The notes beneath the pieces were generated by a model. It was not told where the DNA came from and did no database searches. It saw only the letters and a program-made list of their open reading frames with translations. Of a DNA stretch of 64,000 nucleotides, positions 1 through 9,935 are shown piece after piece. A program made the translations under genes and the position numbers. Positions within the stretch are counted from its first letter, which is position 1. Every line of letters begins with the position of its first letter. This stretch comes from Actinomycetota bacterium (GTDB lineage Bacteria; Actinomycetota; Acidimicrobiia; Acidimicrobiales; UBA10347), in the NCBI GenBank assembly GCA_039028435.1, contig JBCCIC010000001.1, positions 396,240-460,239 of the forward strand, read 5' to 3'.

Positions 1-1723
1 CCTGATCACCGAGCTGCTCAAACTCGCCATGCGATACCGCGGTCGCCTGCTGGCAACCTTCCTGTTCGGCGTGCTGCGGGTCGTGGCCTTCATCGGCGTC
101 GGCGTGTTCAGTGCGTTGATCGTGCAGGCGCTCCGCAACGGGGACCCGTATGGCACCTGGCTCGTCGCGCTGTTCATCGTCGCGCCGCTGAGCGGACTCC
201 TGCACTGGATGGAGTCCTGGATCGCGCACGACATGGCCTTCCGCCTGCTCGCCGAAATGCGCATCGCCACCTTCCGCAAACTCGACGCCCTGTCGCCGGC
301 CTACCTGGTGCGACGTCGCACGGGAGACCTGATGGCGCTCGCCACCAATGACATTGAGCTCGTCGAGTACTTCTTCGCCCACACGATCGCGCCGGCCTTC
401 GTCGCGGTCCTCGTGCCGACCATCGTGATGATCGTTCTCGGCGTGCAGAGCGCCTGGGTTTCACTGGCACTCCTGCCGTTCCTACTCGCGGCTGCGCTGA
501 GTCCCGTCTTCCTGCGGGGTCGCGTTGACCGCTTGGGATCTCGGGCTCGCGAAGCGGCGGGGGAGCTCGGCGCGTACGCCGTCGACTCGGTGCAGGGGCT
601 TGGTGAGGTCGTCGCATTTCAACACGAAGCGCGACGCGGCGACGGCCTCGACGATTTGTCACAGCGCCACATCTCGCTGCGGCTGCCCTTCTTCGGTCAG
701 CTCACCTTCCAACAAGCGCTCCTCGAGGTGTTCACCGGCTTGGGCGGCCTAGCGGTCGTCGTGACCGGTGGCCTGATCGTCCAGCGGGGCTCGATCGACG
801 ACGGCGTTGTACCCCTCCTCACGCTCCTCGCGATGGCGGCATTTCTCCCCGTCTCCGAGATCGCACAGGTCGGCAGACAACTCGCCGACACCCTGGGCGC
901 GACGCGGCGGATCTACGCCCTCGACAACGAGCCGGTCGTCATTGCAGACGGCAACGGTGTCGACACTCCGCACGACGACGAGGCACCACCGGTGTCCGTC
1001 GAAGCGGTCGACTTCGCCTATCCCGGTCATCGTCGTCGGGCCCTCGACGATGTCACGATCGACATCCCCGCCGGCAAGGTCGTGGCCCTCGTAGGCACCA
1101 GCGGCGCCGGCAAGACCACCGCAGCGCTGCTCGCCATGCGGTTCTGGGACCCCGACGACGGCGCGGTGACGATGGACACCGCCGACCTCCGCGACCATCG
1201 ACTCGACGATTTGCGCGAGCGGATTGCGCTCGTGGCTCAGGACACCTACCTGTTCAACGACACGCTTCGAGCGAACATCTTGATCGGCCGTCCCGACGCC
1301 GGTGAGGACGAACTGCTCGCCGCCGTCGAACTCGCGGCGCTCGGAGATCTGATCGCCACCCTCCCCGACGGCATCGACACGCCGGTCGGTGAGCGCGGCA
1401 CGAGCCTGTCCGGAGGTCAGCGCCAGCGGGTGGCCATCGCTCGGGCGTTCCTGAAGGACGCTCCGGTGCTGATTCTCGACGAGGCGACCTCGCACCTCGA
1501 CGCCGTCAACGAGAATTTGCTGCGGCGCTCACTCGCCGAGCTGCAAACCGACCGTACGACGATCGTCATCGCGCACCGCCTGTCGACGATCCGTGATGCC
1601 GATCTCATCGTGGTGCTCGATGACGGACGCGTGGTTGAGCAAGGGACGCACGACGACCTCGTCGACGCCGATGGGCTCTATGCAAATCTGGTGAGCCGAC
1701 AGTTGGCGAGCGCCGCCGGCTGA
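1..1723 (+). CDS. ABC transporter, fused permease/ATPase subunit (exporter fold, CydC/CydD-like); probably 5'-truncated by the window edge
   Basis: ORF 29..1723 stays open in frame back to nt 2. The N-terminal ~300 aa is hydrophobic. The NBD has Walker A GTSGAGKTT, signature LSGGQRQR, Walker B LILDEATSHLD and H-loop IAHRLST. Confidence 0.85.
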   Translation, partial: LITELLKLAMRYRGRLLATFLFGVLRVVAFIGVGVFSALIVQALRNGDPYGTWLVALFIVAPLSGLLHWMESWIAHDMAFRLLAEMRIATFRKLDALSPAYLVRRRTGDLMALATNDIELVEYFFAHTIAPAFVAVLVPTIVMIVLGVQSAWVSLALLPFLLAAALSPVFLRGRVDRLGSRAREAAGELGAYAVDSVQGLGEVVAFQHEARRGDGLDDLSQRHISLRLPFFGQLTFQQALLEVFTGLGGLAVVVTGGLIVQRGSIDDGVVPLLTLLAMAAFLPVSEIAQVGRQLADTLGATRRIYALDNEPVVIADGNGVDTPHDDEAPPVSVEAVDFAYPGHRRRALDDVTIDIPAGKVVALVGTSGAGKTTAALLAMRFWDPDDGAVTMDTADLRDHRLDDLRERIALVAQDTYLFNDTLRANILIGRPDAGEDELLAAVELAALGDLIATLPDGIDTPVGERGTSLSGGQRQRVAIARAFLKDAPVLILDEATSHLDAVNENLLRRSLAELQTDRTTIVIAHRLSTIRDADLIVVLDDGRVVEQGTHDDLVDADGLYANLVSRQLASAAG

Positions 1724-1739
1724 TCCACAATTCGCTGGG

Positions 1740-2312
1740 ATGCTCACGGACATCGCGCTCGCGTACGGGGTGGTGCTCGTTGCCGAACTCGGCGACAAGA
1801 CCCAACTCGTTGCGCTCACCGCCACGGGTCGTCACGGGGCCTGGCGGACCCTGGGCGCGCTGACCGCTGCTCTGGTCGTACTGCAGACGATGTCGGTCGT
1901 GATCGGGGCGAGCGTGGCGAGCTTCGTCCCCGATCGAACGGCAGGGCTGATCGCGGGCCTGCTGTTCATCGTCTTCGGTGTGTGGACGCTGCTCCAGCTT
2001 GACAAGGGCGGTGCTCAAGACGCACGACACGCTGCCGGAAGAGTCGACGCCGGTCTTCTGCGGGTCGCCGCGGTCTTCTTCCTTGCCGAACTCGGCGACA
2101 AGACCATGTTGGCGACCGCGAGCCTTGCGACGGACCGGTCTCCGGTCGGCGTGTGGGTCGGTTCGTTCGCGGCAATGGTCACGGCGACGGCGCTGGCGGT
2201 GTTTGCCGGCGCCGCACTGGCCCATCGACTGTCGACCCGGACGGTCGAGTTGTTCGGTGGGATCATCTTCCTGATCGTGGGCATCGCGACCACGATCGCC
2301 GCACTGCTCTAG
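1740..2312 (+). CDS. UPF0016/GDT1 (TMEM165) family cation (Mn2+/Ca2+) transporter
   Basis: 190-aa membrane protein with the two family-defining E-x-G-D-K-T motifs (AELGDKTQL and AELGDKTML) in duplicated halves. Confidence 0.85.
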   Translation: MLTDIALAYGVVLVAELGDKTQLVALTATGRHGAWRTLGALTAALVVLQTMSVVIGASVASFVPDRTAGLIAGLLFIVFGVWTLLQLDKGGAQDARHAAGRVDAGLLRVAAVFFLAELGDKTMLATASLATDRSPVGVWVGSFAAMVTATALAVFAGAALAHRLSTRTVELFGGIIFLIVGIATTIAALL

Positions 2313-2327
2313 CGGCACTGCGCGACG

Positions 2328-2369
2328 ACGGCGACCGCCCAGCCGAGTCATCCGCCGGACGGTCGCCGT
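2328..2369. terminator. Candidate hairpin between convergent genes
   Basis: ACGGCGACCG (2328-2337) is perfectly complementary to CGGTCGCCGT (2360-2369). The loop is 22 nt and there is no T-tract. Confidence 0.3.
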
Positions 2370-2414
2370 GATCAGCCGCCCCGATCGTTGACGCAGGATG
2401 GCGCCGAGGCAGGC

Positions 2415-3851
2415 CTATGCCGTGGCCGCCCCCAGAATCGCCTTGGTCTCGAGGAACTCTTCCAGACCATGTGCGCCCCACTCGCGCCCGTTACCCGACT
2501 GCTTGTAGCCGCCGAACGGCGCGTTGAAGTCGGGCCCAGCGCCGTTGACGTGCACGTTGCCCGTGCGGATGCGCCGGGCAACACCGAGCGCACGCTCCTG
2601 GCTACCCGACACGTAGCCGGCGAGTCCGTAGACGGTCTCGTTGGCGATGCGCACGGCATCGTCGTCGTCTTCGTAGCCGATCAGGACGAGGACCGGCCCG
2701 AAGATCTCCTCTTGGGCGATCCGCATGTCGTTGGTGACGTTGGCAAAGAGGGTGGGCCGCACGAAGTAGCCCGACTCGAGTCCCTCGGGTCGGCCGACAC
2801 CACCGGTGACCAGCTCGGCGCCTTCGTCGATGCCCGCCTGGATCAGGTCCTGGATCTTGTTCCATTGCACCTCGGAAACGACCGGACCCATCACGACGCC
2901 ATCGCTGGTGGGATCACCGACCGCGACGGCATCCATGGCCGATTTGGCCACCGTCTTGGCCTCTTCCATCGCGGAATTGGGGATCAACATTCGCGTGCCG
3001 GCGTTGCAAGACTGGCCCGAGTTGGTGCACATGCCGAACGCATCCCGGCGGACAGCCTCGGCGACATCGGCGTCGTCGAGAATGATGTTGGCCGACTTGC
3101 CGCCAAGCTCCTGCGCGACACGCTTGACCGTCGGGGCGGCGTTGCGAGCGACCTCGACGCCGGCACGGGTCGAACCGGTGAAGGACATCATGTCCACGCC
3201 CGGATGTGCCGAGAGGTGTGCTCCGACGGTCGGACCGTCGCCGTTGACGAGGTTGAAGACCCCGGCCGGGACACCCGCTTCGTCGAGGATCTCGGCGAAG
3301 AGCAGTGCGTTGAGTGGCGCGACCTCCGACGGTTTGAGGACCATCGTGCAGCCGGCAGCGAGCGCAGGCGCGACCTTGCAGGCGATCTGGTTGAGCGGCC
3401 AGTTCCAGGGCGTGATCATGCCGACGACACCCACAGGCTCGCGGACCAGCAGGGTCTTGCCCTGGGCGGTTTCGAACTCGAAGTTGGGCAGGATCGCCGC
3501 CATCGTGCCGAAGTGCGCCATCCCTGTCGGGGCTTGTGCCGCCTTGGCAAGGCCGCCCGGAGCCCCCATTTCGGCACTGATGATCTCGGCGAGGTCATTG
3601 CTACGAGCGCCGAGCAGCTCGGTGATCTTGCCGAGGAGGGCAGTGCGTTCGTCGACGGATGACCTGGACCAACTCTCGAACGCCGACTGGGCGGCGGCAA
3701 CGGCGTCATCGACGTCGGCGGTCCCGCCCATGGCGATCGAGGCGATCGGTTGTTCGGTGGCCGGATTGATGACGGCGAGTGTCTCGTCGGTTGACGGATC
3801 GACCCATTGTCCGTTGATGTAGAAGCGTCTGGTGTTCGCGGAAATCTCCAC
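2415..3851 (-). CDS. NAD(P)-dependent aldehyde dehydrogenase
   Basis: ALDH hallmarks are present: ELGGKSANIILDDAD, FTGSTRAG, SGQSCNAGTRMLI (catalytic Cys) and EEIFGPV. The track ORF runs to 3944; I prefer GTG 3851 (VEISANTRRFYINGQWV), which gives about 478 aa. Confidence 0.9.
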   Translation of the reverse strand: MEISANTRRFYINGQWVDPSTDETLAVINPATEQPIASIAMGGTADVDDAVAAAQSAFESWSRSSVDERTALLGKITELLGARSNDLAEIISAEMGAPGGLAKAAQAPTGMAHFGTMAAILPNFEFETAQGKTLLVREPVGVVGMITPWNWPLNQIACKVAPALAAGCTMVLKPSEVAPLNALLFAEILDEAGVPAGVFNLVNGDGPTVGAHLSAHPGVDMMSFTGSTRAGVEVARNAAPTVKRVAQELGGKSANIILDDADVAEAVRRDAFGMCTNSGQSCNAGTRMLIPNSAMEEAKTVAKSAMDAVAVGDPTSDGVVMGPVVSEVQWNKIQDLIQAGIDEGAELVTGGVGRPEGLESGYFVRPTLFANVTNDMRIAQEEIFGPVLVLIGYEDDDDAVRIANETVYGLAGYVSGSQERALGVARRIRTGNVHVNGAGPDFNAPFGGYKQSGNGREWGAHGLEEFLETKAILGAATA

Positions 3852-3872
3852 GGTTGCCCCTCTCGGTCGGGT

Positions 3873-3905
3873 TGGTAGGCACTTGATGTAAGGCATACCA
3901 TACAA
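3873..3905 (+). promoter_or_regulatory. Two overlapping TAGG/TAAGG-type boxes (weak DtxR/IdeR-like) upstream of the binding-protein operon
   Basis: TGGTAGGCACTTGATGTAA (3873-3891) and TGTAAGGCATACCATACAA (3887-3905). The second is a 14/18 self-complementary palindrome. They lie in the divergent ALDH/PBP intergenic region. Confidence 0.35.
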
Positions 3906-3966
3906 ACTGACTCGCGACTTCCTAACAAGCGCGACACACAGCAACTCGCGGGAGAAGATTCACGAA

Positions 3967-5196
3967 ATGCCTCGTCGTCGTTTTCGTACGCTGATGACAC
4001 TCATCGGTGCCCTGGCACTGCTGGCTGCGGCTTGCAGTAGCGAACGGCCTGGCGGCGAAGCGGCCGCGGAATCGGCAAGCGAAGCCTCGGCGAGCGAGCC
4101 GTCCGAGAGCGCCAGCGCCGACGAAGCCAGCGGCGGCGAGGACAGCGCCGATGACGCTGACGACGCGGCATCCGAGCCCGAGCCCGACGTTGATCAGGAA
4201 GAGGACGGCGCTGACGAGGCAGCAGCCGACGAGGACGCCGCGGCAGAGCCGGAACCGACCGAGGAGCCAACACCGGAACCTGCACCCACCGAAGAGCCCT
4301 CGATCTACCCGATCACAATCAGTGATTCGTACGGCAACGAGTTCACCTTCGACGAGCGGCCCCGCATCGGGTGTGCGTGGTACGGCTGCATCGAAGCCGG
4401 CGCCGAGCTCGGTGTCACCTTTGAGGCGGCCATCATCACCGAGGAGGAAGCCGACTCGACGTTCTTCGGTGCGCTGCAGCCCGATGTCCTGATCGTCGAC
4501 TTCCTCAACCCCGAGGAGTGGGCCGCTGCCGACGTCGACCTCGTCGTCCTGAGTCCGGCGAGCAACACGCCCGAGCTGGATCCGATTCGCCAGGTGAACC
4601 CGCTCTTCTACCTCCACTACGACAACTTCCTCGCGCCGCAGTGGGAGGGCGTGATCGGTGGCTACGAGGGCTACCTCGAGAACCTGCGTCTCCTCGGCCA
4701 GCTGATGGATCGCACCGCCGAGGCCGAGGAAGCGATCGCCCGATTCGACCGGCTCGTCGAGAGCCTTGCCACCTACGCCACCCCGGAGATGGCCGACCAG
4801 ACGATCGCCATCATCGGTCTGCTCGGCTACGCCGCCCTCGGCCCCGGCAACGCCTTCTGCCAAATCCTCAACGAAGCCGGACACGGCACCTGCATCGGCG
4901 AGGGCGTCGCCCAGATTCTCAATGCCGAGGCCTTTCTGGCCCTCGATCCCGACGTGATCCTCGACCAGGATCCGGCGGCGCGAGACGGCGATCCGATCTG
5001 GCCGAACCTGTCGGCGGTCCAGGACGGCACCGTCTACGACATCGTGAGCAACCGGCACTACTGCTGCTCGACCAGCGGGCTGGTCCACGTGACCCAGGAG
5101 TACTTGAGCCTGCGCTTCCCGGACGCCGGCGTCGAGGATCCCGGTCCGGTCGAGGACTTCGACAGCCGACTTAGCCCTCTCGTCACCGAGGGGTGA
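3967..5196 (+). CDS. Lipoprotein, iron-siderophore (class III, FhuD/FepB-like) ABC substrate-binding protein
   Basis: Signal peptide plus lipobox (LLAAAC), then a ~90-aa Asp/Glu/Ala/Pro-rich linker, then a PBP-like body. It is the first gene of a FecCD/ATPase operon. Confidence 0.85.
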   Translation: MPRRRFRTLMTLIGALALLAAACSSERPGGEAAAESASEASASEPSESASADEASGGEDSADDADDAASEPEPDVDQEEDGADEAAADEDAAAEPEPTEEPTPEPAPTEEPSIYPITISDSYGNEFTFDERPRIGCAWYGCIEAGAELGVTFEAAIITEEEADSTFFGALQPDVLIVDFLNPEEWAAADVDLVVLSPASNTPELDPIRQVNPLFYLHYDNFLAPQWEGVIGGYEGYLENLRLLGQLMDRTAEAEEAIARFDRLVESLATYATPEMADQTIAIIGLLGYAALGPGNAFCQILNEAGHGTCIGEGVAQILNAEAFLALDPDVILDQDPAARDGDPIWPNLSAVQDGTVYDIVSNRHYCCSTSGLVHVTQEYLSLRFPDAGVEDPGPVEDFDSRLSPLVTEG

Positions 5197-6281
5197 CCGC
5201 GGTCGACGAGGCGGCGACCATCGGACCCGCCGACGGCAAGCCGTCGGTCGACGGGTCGACGGTTGCCGCTGGCCGCGCAACCCGACTCCTGGCCGCTGTC
5301 GGGCTCCTCACGATCGCCGTCGCCGCGCTCGTCCTCTACAACCTCACCCAGGGCGAGCCCGATCACTCGTTGTCGACCGCGCTCGACAATCTCCTTCGGA
5401 CGGGCCCGATCGCCGGCGACATCGACAGCATCCTGATCCGCGAGGTTCGCCTACCGCGCGTGCTGATGGCCCTCCTCGCCGGAAGCGCTCTGGGCCTGGC
5501 CGGGGTGTTGTTGCAGGACGCGCTCCGCAACCCGCTCGCCGATCCGACGCTGCTCGGCGTCGCCCAGGGTGCCGGTTTCGTGATCGCCCTCGCCTCGATC
5601 TACCCGGAACTGGTTCCGCCGCTGCCGACCTCGGTGCTGTGCTTCATCGGCGGAACCCTGGCCGGATCCGTGGTGCTCGTCTTGAGCCGTCGCTCGCGCA
5701 ACCCGGTGCGTGTGGTGCTGGCGGGCGCCATGGTGTCGATCCTCTTCGCAACCTTGTCGAGTGTGGTCATCCTCATCACGCCTCGAACACGGGGTCTCGG
5801 CATCATCGAGTACTTCCGGTTCGTGATCGGGTCGTTCATCGATGTCACCTGGGACAGCATCGGTGCTGTCCTGCCGTGGTTCCTCCTTGCCGTTCCGCTG
5901 GGGCTCGCCAGCGCCCGGATCGTGAACCTGCTCTCGCTGGGCGACGAAGCTGCGTCGTCGCTCGGACTCAACCCCGGCCGGGCCCGCATCGGTCTGATGA
6001 TCCTGTCGATGGCATTGGTGACCCCATACGTTGCCCAGATCGGCCCGATCGGTTTCGTGGCCCTGTTCGCACCACACGTCTCCCGAAGCCTCATCGCCAG
6101 CTCCGATGCGCTCCGAGTGATGATCACCTCGGCCTTCGCCGGCGCGCTCATGTTGCTGACCGCCGACACCGCGGCGCGGCTGCTGTTCTTCCCCTTCGAG
6201 GTCCCAGCGGGCGTGTTCACCTTCCTGATCGTCGGACCACTCGCGCTGGTCATCGTCGGTCGCCTCGGACGTAGTCGATGA
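5193..6281 (+). CDS. FecCD-family iron-siderophore ABC permease
   Basis: The GTG start overlaps the upstream stop (GTGA). Polytopic membrane protein with typical FecCD motifs (REVRLPRVLMALLAGSALGLAGVLLQ..RNPLADP). Confidence 0.9.
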   Translation: MTAVDEAATIGPADGKPSVDGSTVAAGRATRLLAAVGLLTIAVAALVLYNLTQGEPDHSLSTALDNLLRTGPIAGDIDSILIREVRLPRVLMALLAGSALGLAGVLLQDALRNPLADPTLLGVAQGAGFVIALASIYPELVPPLPTSVLCFIGGTLAGSVVLVLSRRSRNPVRVVLAGAMVSILFATLSSVVILITPRTRGLGIIEYFRFVIGSFIDVTWDSIGAVLPWFLLAVPLGLASARIVNLLSLGDEAASSLGLNPGRARIGLMILSMALVTPYVAQIGPIGFVALFAPHVSRSLIASSDALRVMITSAFAGALMLLTADTAARLLFFPFEVPAGVFTFLIVGPLALVIVGRLGRSR

Positions 6282-7360
6282 GTCTCACGGCCGACCGCGC
6301 GCCACGCGAGGCTGCGGCGGATCCACGCTGGAAGACGTCGCGTCTGATGACCGCATCCCTGGCGATCGCCATTCTCACGACCGGTCTCATCTCGCTGTGG
6401 TGGGGCACCGGCAGCGTGCGTATGTCACCGACGCGTGTGTGGACCGCTCTGACCGACGAAGACGCGGTCTTCCGCATTGAGGCCGTCGCCGCGGAGGCCC
6501 GCCTCGTGCGCGTGGTCATGGGCATTCTCGTCGGTGCATCGCTGGCGTCCGCCGGGGCCATGCTGCAGTCGCTCTATCGAAACCCGTTGGCCAGCCCCCA
6601 GATCACCGGCGTCACCCAAGGCTCCGTCGTGGCCGTCGTGATGTGGCTGCTCTACGGGCCGAACTCGGAATCGACGTGGGTGCTGCCGCTGGTCGGCGCC
6701 CTCGGCGGCGTGGGCACCGGGCTCCTGACCTATGGGATCTCCAAACTCGGCGGACGAGTCGATCCGCTGCGACTGATCTTGGTGGGCGTGTTGCTCGGCG
6801 GCTTGCTGTCGTCCATGACCGCGTTGGTACTGATCAGTGCTGATGGGGCGGGTTTGGACCTCATCTCGTGGACCGTGGGTTCGCTCCAGTCGGCGTCATG
6901 GTCACGCATCCGCTTGCTGGCGATCGCACTCCTGCTATGCATTCCGCTCATCCTGCTCGCCATCCCCTACGGCAATGCGCTCAACCTGGGTGAGGAGATC
7001 GCCCACGGTGCAGGGGTCTCGGTCAACCGAGGACGTGGCATCGTGCTGCTCGCTGCCGCCTCGATCACCGCGGCATCGGTCTCGCTCGTCGGCGGCATCG
7101 GGTTCATCGGCCTGGTCGCGCCCCACATCGTCCGGCGGTGGACCGGGGCAGATCTGCGTCGCCTCGTTCCCAACTCGGCCTTGTCCGGTGCCCTCCTCGT
7201 GCTCCTCGCCGACTTCGCTTCGCGGAACCTGCGACCGCGGGACGTTGCGTCGGCGCTCGGGGTCGCCGAGGAGGTTGCGCCGACCGCCCTTCCGACCGGA
7301 ATCTTCCTTGCGCTGATCGGCGCACCCTTCTTCATCCACTTGCTCAGGAGGACCCCGTGA
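6278..7360 (+). CDS. FecCD-family iron-siderophore ABC permease (second subunit)
   Basis: ATGA overlap with the upstream gene. FecCD motifs present (RLVRVVMGILVGASLASAGAMLQS..RNPLASP). Confidence 0.9.
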   Translation: MSLTADRAPREAAADPRWKTSRLMTASLAIAILTTGLISLWWGTGSVRMSPTRVWTALTDEDAVFRIEAVAAEARLVRVVMGILVGASLASAGAMLQSLYRNPLASPQITGVTQGSVVAVVMWLLYGPNSESTWVLPLVGALGGVGTGLLTYGISKLGGRVDPLRLILVGVLLGGLLSSMTALVLISADGAGLDLISWTVGSLQSASWSRIRLLAIALLLCIPLILLAIPYGNALNLGEEIAHGAGVSVNRGRGIVLLAAASITAASVSLVGGIGFIGLVAPHIVRRWTGADLRRLVPNSALSGALLVLLADFASRNLRPRDVASALGVAEEVAPTALPTGIFLALIGAPFFIHLLRRTP

Positions 7361-8175
7361 GCGCCGACGCACCTCCGTTGCTGAATGGTCTTGAGGCATC
7401 GGGCATCGCCGCCGGATACACGACCGACGTGCTGCACGACGTCGACCTTGCCGCGACCGAGGGCAGGGTCACCGCCCTCGTGGGCCCCAACGGTTCCGGC
7501 AAGTCGACCCTGCTCAAGGCCTGCGCCAATCTCCTCGAACGATCGACCGGAAGCGTGACGATCCAAGGCCAGGACATCGCCGAGCTGTCGACGCGGCAAG
7601 TGGCGACCAAGCTTGCACTGCTCCCCCAGGGTCCGAGCACGCCCCCGTACCTGACGGTTCGCGACCTGGTCGAACAGGGGCGGTTCGCACATGTCGGACC
7701 CCTCGGCATGCTGCGACGCCAGGACCATGCGGCCGTCACCGAAGCGATCTCGCTCGTCGGGCTCGAGAGCTTCGCCAATCGCGACGTCGATGCCCTCTCC
7801 GGCGGTGAGCGCCAGCGAGCGTGGCTCGCACTCGCCCTGGCTCAGGAAACGCCCGTTCTGGCCCTCGACGAGCCGACTACGTTTCTCGACATCGGTCACC
7901 AGTGGGAAGTCCTCGAACTGGTCAGGTCGCTCAACGAGGAACGCAACCTCACCGTGCTCATGGTGCTCCACGACCTCAACCACGCCGCATCCTTCTCGGA
8001 CCAATTGGTCGTGCTCGAACAGGGTCGGGTCGTCGCCGCCGGCGATCCGTGGGACACGCTCACCACCGAACTTCTCCGCGAAGTGTTCGGCGTCGAGGCC
8101 TCGATCATCGCCGACCCCAAGACCGATCGCCCACTGATCGTGCCCCACGCCGCCGCACCCCGCGGGACCAGATGA
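7357..8175 (+). CDS. Iron-siderophore ABC importer ATPase (FepC/FhuC-like)
   Basis: GTG 7357 overlaps the upstream TGA (GTGA). Walker A GPNGSGKST, signature LSGGERQR, Walker B LALDEPTTFLD. The track ORF start at 7138 lies inside the permease gene and was rejected. Confidence 0.9.
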   Translation: MSADAPPLLNGLEASGIAAGYTTDVLHDVDLAATEGRVTALVGPNGSGKSTLLKACANLLERSTGSVTIQGQDIAELSTRQVATKLALLPQGPSTPPYLTVRDLVEQGRFAHVGPLGMLRRQDHAAVTEAISLVGLESFANRDVDALSGGERQRAWLALALAQETPVLALDEPTTFLDIGHQWEVLELVRSLNEERNLTVLMVLHDLNHAASFSDQLVVLEQGRVVAAGDPWDTLTTELLREVFGVEASIIADPKTDRPLIVPHAAAPRGTR

Positions 8176-9935
8176 CCGCCATGATGGGTGGCGCAAGTGC
8201 GCCTCCCAGTCCCGGCTACGAGGCGACCGGTGGGGCCATCATCCGTTGGGCCCTCAAACGACAGTGGCGCTGGATCGCGCTCGGCGCGACCACCGGAATG
8301 ATCTGGATGGCCGGCTTCGCCGCTGCGCCGGTGCTGGTCGGCTACGCCATCGACGACGCGATCGATGGGCGCAGCGGCGCGAGGATGGCGATGTGGGCGG
8401 TCGCCTTCCTGGGCGTCGTGACCGCCAGCGCAATCGCGGGGGCGGTCCGACACCGCTGCGCCATCACACTGTGGGCCACCATCGGTCTTCTCGCCGAGGG
8501 CCACCTGACGCGACGAGTGCTGGACCGGCGAGGTGGCATCGATCGTCCGCCGGCCGAACTCGTCTCACTGGGCGTCGGCGACGCCAACAAGATCGGCAGA
8601 ATCGGTGATCTGACCAATCGTGGCGGTGGTGCGGTCGTGATGTTGGTGGTCGTCGCCGTGTGGCTGCTGGCGACCTCGGTTTCGCTCGGCCTCCTGGTTC
8701 TGATCGCGGTACCGATGTCGGCCGCCGCCATCCTCCCGTTCCTGTCTCGCTACGACGAACGCTCAACGGTGGAGCGGCGCGAGCTGGCATCTGCATCGGC
8801 GGCCGCGGCGGACGGCATCCAAGGCCTCCGAACCGCACACGGACTCGGAGGTGGTCGCCAGATACGGAGCTGGTTCCGCGAGCGCTCCGGGCTCATGCAC
8901 CGTTCGGCCCTGTCGCTCGTGCGAATCGAAGCCACACTCTTCGCCACCGTTGGCGCCATCCCGCTGCTGACCCTCGTGCCGGTCCTGTGGTACGGCGGCG
9001 TGCAAGTCCTTGATGGCACGATCTCCCCTGGAACCTTTGTCACCGTCGTCGGTCTCGCCCAGTTCTTGGCGATGCCCCTCCAGACCCTTGGCGAGGCGGC
9101 CGGAGTCGTCACAGCAGGACGTGCGTCAGCGCGCCGGATCGAGCAGATCGTGACGACCTCCGCATCGATCGACGCCGAAGCGGCGACCTCGACCGGGTCA
9201 GCGAGCGACAGCACCCTCCGAGGCGATCGATCGAACGCGTTCGCACTGCGCCTCGAAGCTGTGACGGTTGGGGAGCTCGGCCCAGTCGATCTCCAGGTGG
9301 CACGCGATGCGACGGTCGGGGTGGCCGCAGATCACCAGGCGATCGCCGCGCTGGCAGGGATCCTTGCGCGTCATCGGCCCAGTGGCGGTGGCACGATCCG
9401 CGTCGGCGCCGAGCGCCTCGACGAGATTCCGCTCGACGACGTGCACCACCGCCTCGTCGTCATCGACAGCGAACGCCCTTGGTTGCTCTCGGCCAGCCTG
9501 CTCGACAACCTGCGACTGGCCCGTTCCAGCGCAACGCGCGCCGATGCCGAAGCGGCGCTGCGCAACGCAGCATGCGACGAGATCCTCGCCCGAAGTGACG
9601 CGCTCGATCGGCTCATCGGCGAGCGAGGCTTGCAGCTGAGCGGTGGACAGCGCCAGCGGATCGCAACCGCACAGGCCTTGCTTGCGCCCGCCCAGATCGT
9701 CGCGTTGATCGAGCCGACCAGTGCGCTCGATGCTGCGACCGAATCGCTCTACGTCGAGCGGTTCATGGCCTCCGCCCGTCCGACCACCCTGCTACTCACC
9801 ACATCGCCTCGACTGCTCTCCGCCTGTGACGAGGTTGCGTTCATCCACAACGGCGTGGTCGCCAGGACGGCCAGCCATCACGAGCTCCTCGAGACCGAAC
9901 CGGCATACGGCCGTCTCGTACTGGGTGTCGAATGA
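8172..9935 (+). CDS. Exporter-fold ABC half-transporter with a fully degenerate nucleotide-binding site (IrtA/YbtP-like partner)
   Basis: ATG 8172 overlaps the upstream stop (ATGA). N-terminal TMD plus NBD. Walker A is absent (TVGVAADHQAIAAL), the Walker B Asp is lost (VALIEPTSALD) and the H-loop His is lost (LLLTTSPRL). The signature LSGGQRQR is intact. Confidence 0.85.
   Translation: MTAMMGGASAPPSPGYEATGGAIIRWALKRQWRWIALGATTGMIWMAGFAAAPVLVGYAIDDAIDGRSGARMAMWAVAFLGVVTASAIAGAVRHRCAITLWATIGLLAEGHLTRRVLDRRGGIDRPPAELVSLGVGDANKIGRIGDLTNRGGGAVVMLVVVAVWLLATSVSLGLLVLIAVPMSAAAILPFLSRYDERSTVERRELASASAAAADGIQGLRTAHGLGGGRQIRSWFRERSGLMHRSALSLVRIEATLFATVGAIPLLTLVPVLWYGGVQVLDGTISPGTFVTVVGLAQFLAMPLQTLGEAAGVVTAGRASARRIEQIVTTSASIDAEAATSTGSASDSTLRGDRSNAFALRLEAVTVGELGPVDLQVARDATVGVAADHQAIAALAGILARHRPSGGGTIRVGAERLDEIPLDDVHHRLVVIDSERPWLLSASLLDNLRLARSSATRADAEAALRNAACDEILARSDALDRLIGERGLQLSGGQRQRIATAQALLAPAQIVALIEPTSALDAATESLYVERFMASARPTTLLLTTSPRLLSACDEVAFIHNGVVARTASHHELLETEPAYGRLVLGVE

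Noticed and set aside
3922-5280. 452-aa minus-strand ORF antisense to the first binding-protein gene. Similar long antisense ORFs occur at 25176-26939 (-), 16778-18214 (-), 31948-33978 (+), 37473-39077 (-), 41167-42705 (+), 43887-45710 (+), 48577-50379 (+) and 60716-61951 (+).
   Set aside because: Their Arg/Gly/Pro/Asp-rich, low-complexity composition is typical of off-frame shadow ORFs in high-GC DNA. In every case the opposite strand or another frame encodes a protein with recognisable family motifs.
6278-6288. ATGAGTCTCAC at the junction of the two permease genes resembles the AATGAG-N-CTCATT box.
   Set aside because: It is the start codon plus the first codons of the second permease, it lacks the flanking conserved bases, and it lies inside an operon. 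Most likely coincidence.
7138-7356. Long N-terminal extensions offered by the ORF track: 7138 for the ATPase, 7821 for the ABC subunit, 11721 for the SIP, 14458 for the methyltransferase, 22861, 34584, 40661, 48493, 54051 and 63863.
   Set aside because: The extensions overlap the upstream gene, are Arg/Pro-rich, and precede internal ATG/GTG codons that form classic ATGA/GTGA overlaps or follow an RBS. I used the shorter starts.
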